NCBI GenBank assembly: GCA_012295275.1
Contig: CM022666.1
Span: 7,626,001 to 7,690,000 of the forward strand
Reading direction: 5' to 3'
From: Chrysomallon squamiferum
Taxonomy: Eukaryota; Animalia; Mollusca
DNA: 64,000 nt
Within the stretch, counting starts at the first letter, position 1. Every line of letters starts with the position of its first letter. The translations under genes were made by a program, and so were the position numbers. This document shows, one piece after another, positions 57,537 through 64,000 of this stretch. Below the pieces are notes generated by a model. It searched no databases and had not been told where the DNA came from. It was given only the letters and a program-made list of their open reading frames with translations.

Positions 57537-60371
57537 AGTGAATAACAATAAAGAATTAACCAACACAAAACAAACAACAGCAATAATAATAATAATATTG
57601 ACAGTAATAACAATAATAATTATATCAATAGTTATTTTCATCATCGTCATTATTGTTTTTACTACAACAACTACAAGAGCAGCAACAACAACAACTACTG
57701 CTATTACATCAGAAACAACAACTACTGCCACTATGTACTTTACCTTACTGCAGTAATACAACAGCTGTATCTAAATTTTTGATACCGAAGAGAGAAAGGA
57801 TTATGACGTCAAAACAATCATGTGACGTAACGTTATAAAAAGAGTAAATAAAATCTGAAAAACTTTACTTACTTAATCTGTATAAATAAATAAATTAAAA
57901 TTAATTAATTAATAGACTTTTTAGTGAAATAAAGAAATTAAATATTCTTTAATAATATTTGTATAGGATGAAGAAAGAAAGAGAATTAAAAAAAAAGAAT
58001 CAAAATGAAACGAAAAAGACGATTAGCCTTACAAACTGACAGTGTTTTAACAATAAATATACCATCCGTGTTTCCATGGTAACGTCATTATTTAAGCGTA
58101 TGAAAACGTGTCTAACTGTGCTGCTGTCACGGACTAATTAAACGTATATTCAGCTTTTGTAAACACTCAGCAGGCCGATACGAAAATAGAACGTTTTCGG
58201 AAGCACTCGGTTACTTTCGGAAATTATCGAAAATACTGAAAGTAACATGCGAATCCATTTCCGTTTCCTGTCAAAACAAAAAAAAAACGTTCAAAGTACA
58301 TTTTTAATAGTGCAAAATATTCCAAATCAGTCTTAGTTGATAAGAGTGTGCGTATGTGTGTGTGAGTGTGTGACGATGTGTAAGTGAATATTTTGTATGC
58401 AAATTAATTAATTTTGGCAGAAGTGTTATATTTATTATTTGTTTATTATTATAATTAATTTTTTTTTTTTTTTTTTTTTTTGTAGTTGTTTTTTGGTGGC
58501 TTTTATTTTCTTTTTGTTTTCTTTCTTTATTTATTTGGTGTTTTTCGTGCTTGTTGTGTGTGTTTTGTGTAAAAAAGAAATAAAAATGATATAGTGATAC
58601 ATTAAAAATAGAAAAACTGAAAAACTGAAACAGAGATACAAACAGATGAATACTAGCATGGATAGATGATGGATCGACATATGTACGTACAAACAAACAT
58701 ACATACATACACACTCACACACACACACACAGACAGACACACAAACACATAAATACTTATATATATAAATACATTAAAACCAGGTATATGTGGGTACTCA
58801 GACATACAGACAGACAGATTGATCAATGGCTGAAACAAAAGGTTAGAACACACGAACTGACGAATATAAAATAAAAACGACGCAGAAAAATATAAAAAAA
58901 AGAAAATAAATATCCTAAATCGCAGTAAATAAAATAAAACAAACTGCGCAGTATCGTTTTGATAAAAGCAATTTCTTACAGTTCTTTCAGTCGGCATCAC
59001 TGAGTAAAATCAGTTTACGATTTCTTATTTCTTGATGCTCACTGCCATAAAAGATCGAATGTTTTAGCTTTTAATATTTATAGCTACGGTTACGTCACTC
59101 TGCAGCCATTAAAATAAAACCAAAAGCAATAACTGGTTCCTCACGTCAGGAGCAGATCTCGTTATCTGAAAAGAGGATACGTCATCACGGTCGTTGTAAT
59201 TTTCAGGATGAAAAAAGGCTTCAGTTTAAAGTAACGGCGAATCTTGTATTTCTTTCCCTCATAATCTGTTCATGATCCCACGTCCGACATTAATCTAATA
59301 GTCAGCTGGCAATTTGACTGATGTTTCTATCGATAAAATTAAATTAATAAAACAACAACAACAACAAATACAACAATAACAAAATACATAAATAAATAAA
59401 TAAATAATAATAACAACAGCAGCAACAATAATAGTAACAGAAATAGTAATGATGATAGTAATAATGATAACAATAATAATGATGATGATGATGATGATGA
59501 TACAAAAGAAAGAATGATGGATGAATGAAGGAAAATAGGTTAAAAAGAAAGATCAACATTACTGATATCGAATTTACGATTACGACTGAAGCGGAGAGGT
59601 CTGGCCTTATGATGTAATCAATCACGTCATCGGTCTAAACACTAAATTAACCAATGAAAACAAATGTTACAGGCGATAAACAACATCCACTCTAACGCAA
59701 TCAACTCCAGAGACTGAAATTACGTCACCCACGCTGGGCCCCCTCGTACTGAATTGCTACCTCAATTTGCAATAAAAACAAAAATAAGAGAGTGCCGAAC
59801 GATGGCAGATCAGAAAAACAGGGCAGTCAATGGCTGATAAAATAATTAAAACAAATGATTTATGTGTCTGATTTACAGAGCAACCATCGGCAGACGAACA
59901 AGGAACTGAAATGGAAAATTTGTAAAACTGAGAAAATGGAAAAAAAAAAGCTGAAAATAAATATAAAGATAAAATAAAATCACTCAGTTATTTCAAAGGT
60001 TGCAGTTCGGCCGCATGATTTGTATCTTCTTTTCTTCTTCTTCTTCTTCTTCTTCTTCTTCTTCTTCTTCTTCTTCTTCTTCTTCTTCTTCTTCTTCTTC
60101 TTCTTCTTCTTCTTTAACAGAAGTAAATGTAGATTTCTAGCACTTTTCCAAAATTTATGGTTTCGTTAAAAACATGCCCGATTGATTTTATTTCCTTTTT
60201 TTCACTGTCTTATTTTCTTTTTTCTTTCTTTAATTTCTTTTTTTTCTTCTATTTTTTTCTTCTTTTTTTTTTTTTTTTTCTTTTTTTTTGGCAATTAGTC
60301 TACAAGATTTCATTACAACAATCTGCAAAACAAAAATGAACAAAATAATAATAATGATAACAACTACAACA

Positions 60372-60435
<64 letters not shown>

Positions 60436-60941
60436 GGTTAAGACGCCATCACACTATTCGATTAACAATAATCTTCAAGCTTGCAAGATCACTATCTTTT
60501 ATTTACTACTACTACTACTACAGCCACAAATACTACTACTTCTACAACAACTACTACTATTTCTACTACTTCTACTACTGCTACTACTAGTGTTACTAAT
60601 AAAACTACAATTACTACCAGTACTACTATCGCTACTGCAGCTACTAATGCTACTTCAACTAATGCTACTTCCGTTATCATTATCATCATCATCATCTTCA
60701 TCATTATTATTATAAGTATAAATTACTAATTATTATTTTCTTATTCATTTCTCATTATCACTGCTATTAATATTATAAAATGAAAATATATTTCTTCCTT
60801 TATTATTATCATCATCATCATCACCATCATCATTATCATCATTTATCGCAATTATTACCATCATTGTTACTAATTATTATTATTTAATCAATATCATATA
60901 AAGAAAATGTCTTTCTTTCATTATTATTATTATTATTATTA

Positions 60942-61000
<59 letters not shown>

Positions 61001-61578
61001 GTAGTTGTTGTTGTTGTTATGTCAATATCATTATCATTGTCATTATCTTCATCAACATCATTACTATAATAAAATTATTCTTTTTCTTATTTATTCATTA
61101 TTATCATTGTCATTGTCATTATTATTATAAAAAGAAAATCTGCTTCAAGCTGGCCTTGACTTGGATGTTATTTCAGGTAACATGTATTAAGTAATGGCGA
61201 GGACGTGTTATTGAATTGCAGACATTCAGTCATTTTGTTGCTGTTGGCAGAAAAGTCATGAACTGCAGACACAGAGAGTGTTAAAAATAGCAATAACTCT
61301 GTCAGAGACTAAATGTGACAAACACTGGCCTTGTTTCAGTGAGACGGTATTATCTGAATGAATGAATCAATCAGTGAATGAATAAATAAAAAAATAAATA
61401 AACAAATGAATAAATAAATAAATAAACAAATGAATATATAATAGATACTGTTGTGTATGATAAAACAACGTAAATATGTATGTATATTTTTTCATACAAA
61501 ACAACGAGTGGGAGACAGACAGACAAACAGACAGCCTGTCAGACAGGAAGGCAGACAAGCAGACATATATATATATAT

Positions 61579-61622
<44 letters not shown>

Positions 61623-61748
61623 GCCAGGTAGATAGACAGAGACATATAGATAGAAAGACAGAAGGACAGACAAATGACAGACAAATAGATAGACAGATAT
61701 ATAGATAGTCAGATAGACAGACAGAAACAGAAACACAGACAGAGACAG

Positions 61749-61851
<103 letters not shown>

Positions 61852-62519
61852 GACAGAGAGACAGAGAGTCAGACAGTCAGACAGACAGAAAAGCAGGCAG
61901 GCAGGCTGAAAACATGATAAAATAACAGCAGACGGACAAAGAGACAGATAGACAGATACAGAAAAATTCGGAAAGGAAAAACGTAGACAGGATACGTACA
62001 AACACGGAACACACGAATGACATGTGGATGGATGGATCTATTCAGTGTCTAAAAGGTCAGAGTGACATTACTCATTACCAACATCAATATCCATACATCA
62101 TAAAATACAAAGTGTTTGGGTTATTGAACTTTTCTCTATTTATGTAAAAAGAAATTTAACCTTCAAAATTTACAAAAAAAAAAAAAATTAAAAAGAAGAA
62201 AAATAATGTCGAACATTTTAAAGCAAATCCTAGTTACACTGACAGATTTGTTAGTTTGGCGGAATTTTTACGACTTGTCGTTTTGTAAATTAAAAAATGA
62301 AAAAAAAAAAAGAATGATGATGATGATGATAATGATTTGAAGCAATTTTTGCAGGAAATAAGTGCACGTATGAAAAACCTTATTGATTACTTTTCTTTAC
62401 ATGCTGTTGAGGACAGAACAAGATGATTTCTAAATACGTAATCATTCATAATAAAACATCTACGCTGTTTCAAAAAGCTTTATTTCATTAGTTACTTACT
62501 TATTTATAGATTTGCATAT

Positions 62520-62577
<58 letters not shown>

Positions 62578-62585
62578 TTCATTTT

Positions 62586-62628
<43 letters not shown>

Positions 62629-63165
62629 TTTGTTTGTTTGTTTATTTATTTATTATTATTATTATTATTACTGGATATCTTTGCTTCGTTCAGTATTTGT
62701 CTATCGAGACATTTCAGTATCATATACTTACATTACTTTAACCCCTTTGCATAAAAATATCGGCTGCAACAGAAACTGTAAAATTATCAAATAAAATATA
62801 AATAAGTCACAACTTCTTCGTTTCACTTACAGAATGACGTATTGCATTTTTTTTTTTTTTTTTTTGACCGTATGTTTTGGTGTTTTGTGACAATTATACA
62901 GCTTTCGTACAAATTGACGTCCTCGTGACAATATCGTGTGCAAAATCGGACATGTTGGACCGGAGGCTGGTGACGTCTGTCACGACGGAGCCTGCATCGA
63001 ATGCTGATGTTGTACGCCAACGGAACATTTGATTTTGATGTCGTATGCTGAGCACGATGTGTTTGGATTCACAGTTAATTTATTTTCTTCTATCTACGTC
63101 AGAATTAATTATAATAATCAAACAGGAGTTTAGTCAATTTTCTTTTTCTCATTTTTTATCTTGTT

Positions 63166-63265
<100 letters not shown>

Positions 63266-63541
63266 CGTTGTATGTGTCTATCTGTCTAATTTGGATTATC
63301 TCTTTCTCTTTCTATCACTCCCAAACTTTGTCTTTCACTTTATATATCTATCTATCTATTTATCTATCCATCCATTTGTCCATCTCTCTATCTTTCTATC
63401 AACCCATGCATACATTATTCTATCTATCTATCTATATATATATATATCTGTTTTGTCTGTCTGTCTGTGTATGTATCTATCTATCCGTCTGTTCATCTAT
63501 ACGTATATCAATATATCCCTCTGTTAACCCATCCGATTCTA

Positions 63542-63618
63542 GGACAACTTGCCCCCGGAGAAGTGCCCACCCGGAGAAGTGCCCCCCAGGATAATTTCCC
63601 TCTGGACAACTGCTCCCT
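63542..63618. repeat. GC-rich degenerate repeat of about 17 bp (GGA(C/G)AA(C/G)TGCCCCC), 4-5 copies
   Basis: Directly visible; probably part of an interspersed repeat. Confidence 0.6.
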
Positions 63619-64000
63619 CATCTGTTCTTCCAATAATGATTTTCAAGCCTAATGACATACATGTATAAGGACACATTTTTTAAACTTCAAAACTAATAGA
63701 CCACATATAAAATTAAAATTCAGAGTAGTCTGTGCATAGTTTTCTAGTAAAGCTTTGTATAGCGACAGTTCATTCACTAATACAGCTCAACAATAACCAT
63801 GTAACGAACTGCCAAACTAAAGAGTTGAATTTGGCGCCAGATGCATTGGCTCAAATGAAAGAAGCATCCAGTCACAGCACAGTTTAGCTTTACAGACATG
63901 TTGTCTTCTACCTTCACACTCTGAATCAACGAACTTCATCTTATAGAATATAATACTTTTGCTACAAGGCTTGACCTAATATGCTGTTTTATAGATCACT

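Overview
AT-rich, microsatellite-dense animal genomic DNA; a mollusc/cephalopod-like lophotrochozoan is my impression, not proven. Three intron-containing genes were reconstructed by hand from GT-AG junctions with consistent phases. (1) Minus strand, 25-2381: a two-coding-exon gene of about 589 aa encoding a non-RD kinase followed by a pseudokinase, with a short first exon that resembles a signal peptide. (2) Plus strand, 4500-8483: TCTP/TPT1, six exons, preceded by a TCT/5'TOP-like tract and carrying an apparent 1-nt frameshift in exon 3. (3) Minus strand, 14693-52997: an 11-exon, 562-aa type I membrane protein (signal peptide, EYS-like N-terminal domain, 7 EGF repeats, TM helix, about 70-aa tail, no laminin-G domains) with a 31-kb first intron. 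Non-coding features include a Tc1/mariner-type MITE, a hAT-type MITE filled by a 22-bp minisatellite, a minisatellite resembling an adjacent splice junction, local duplications, an excess of TGACGTCA palindromes, and a CpG-depleted domain confined to TCTP. Most ORFs in the supplied track are microsatellite artefacts. Homology statements rest on recalled motifs; no searches were run.
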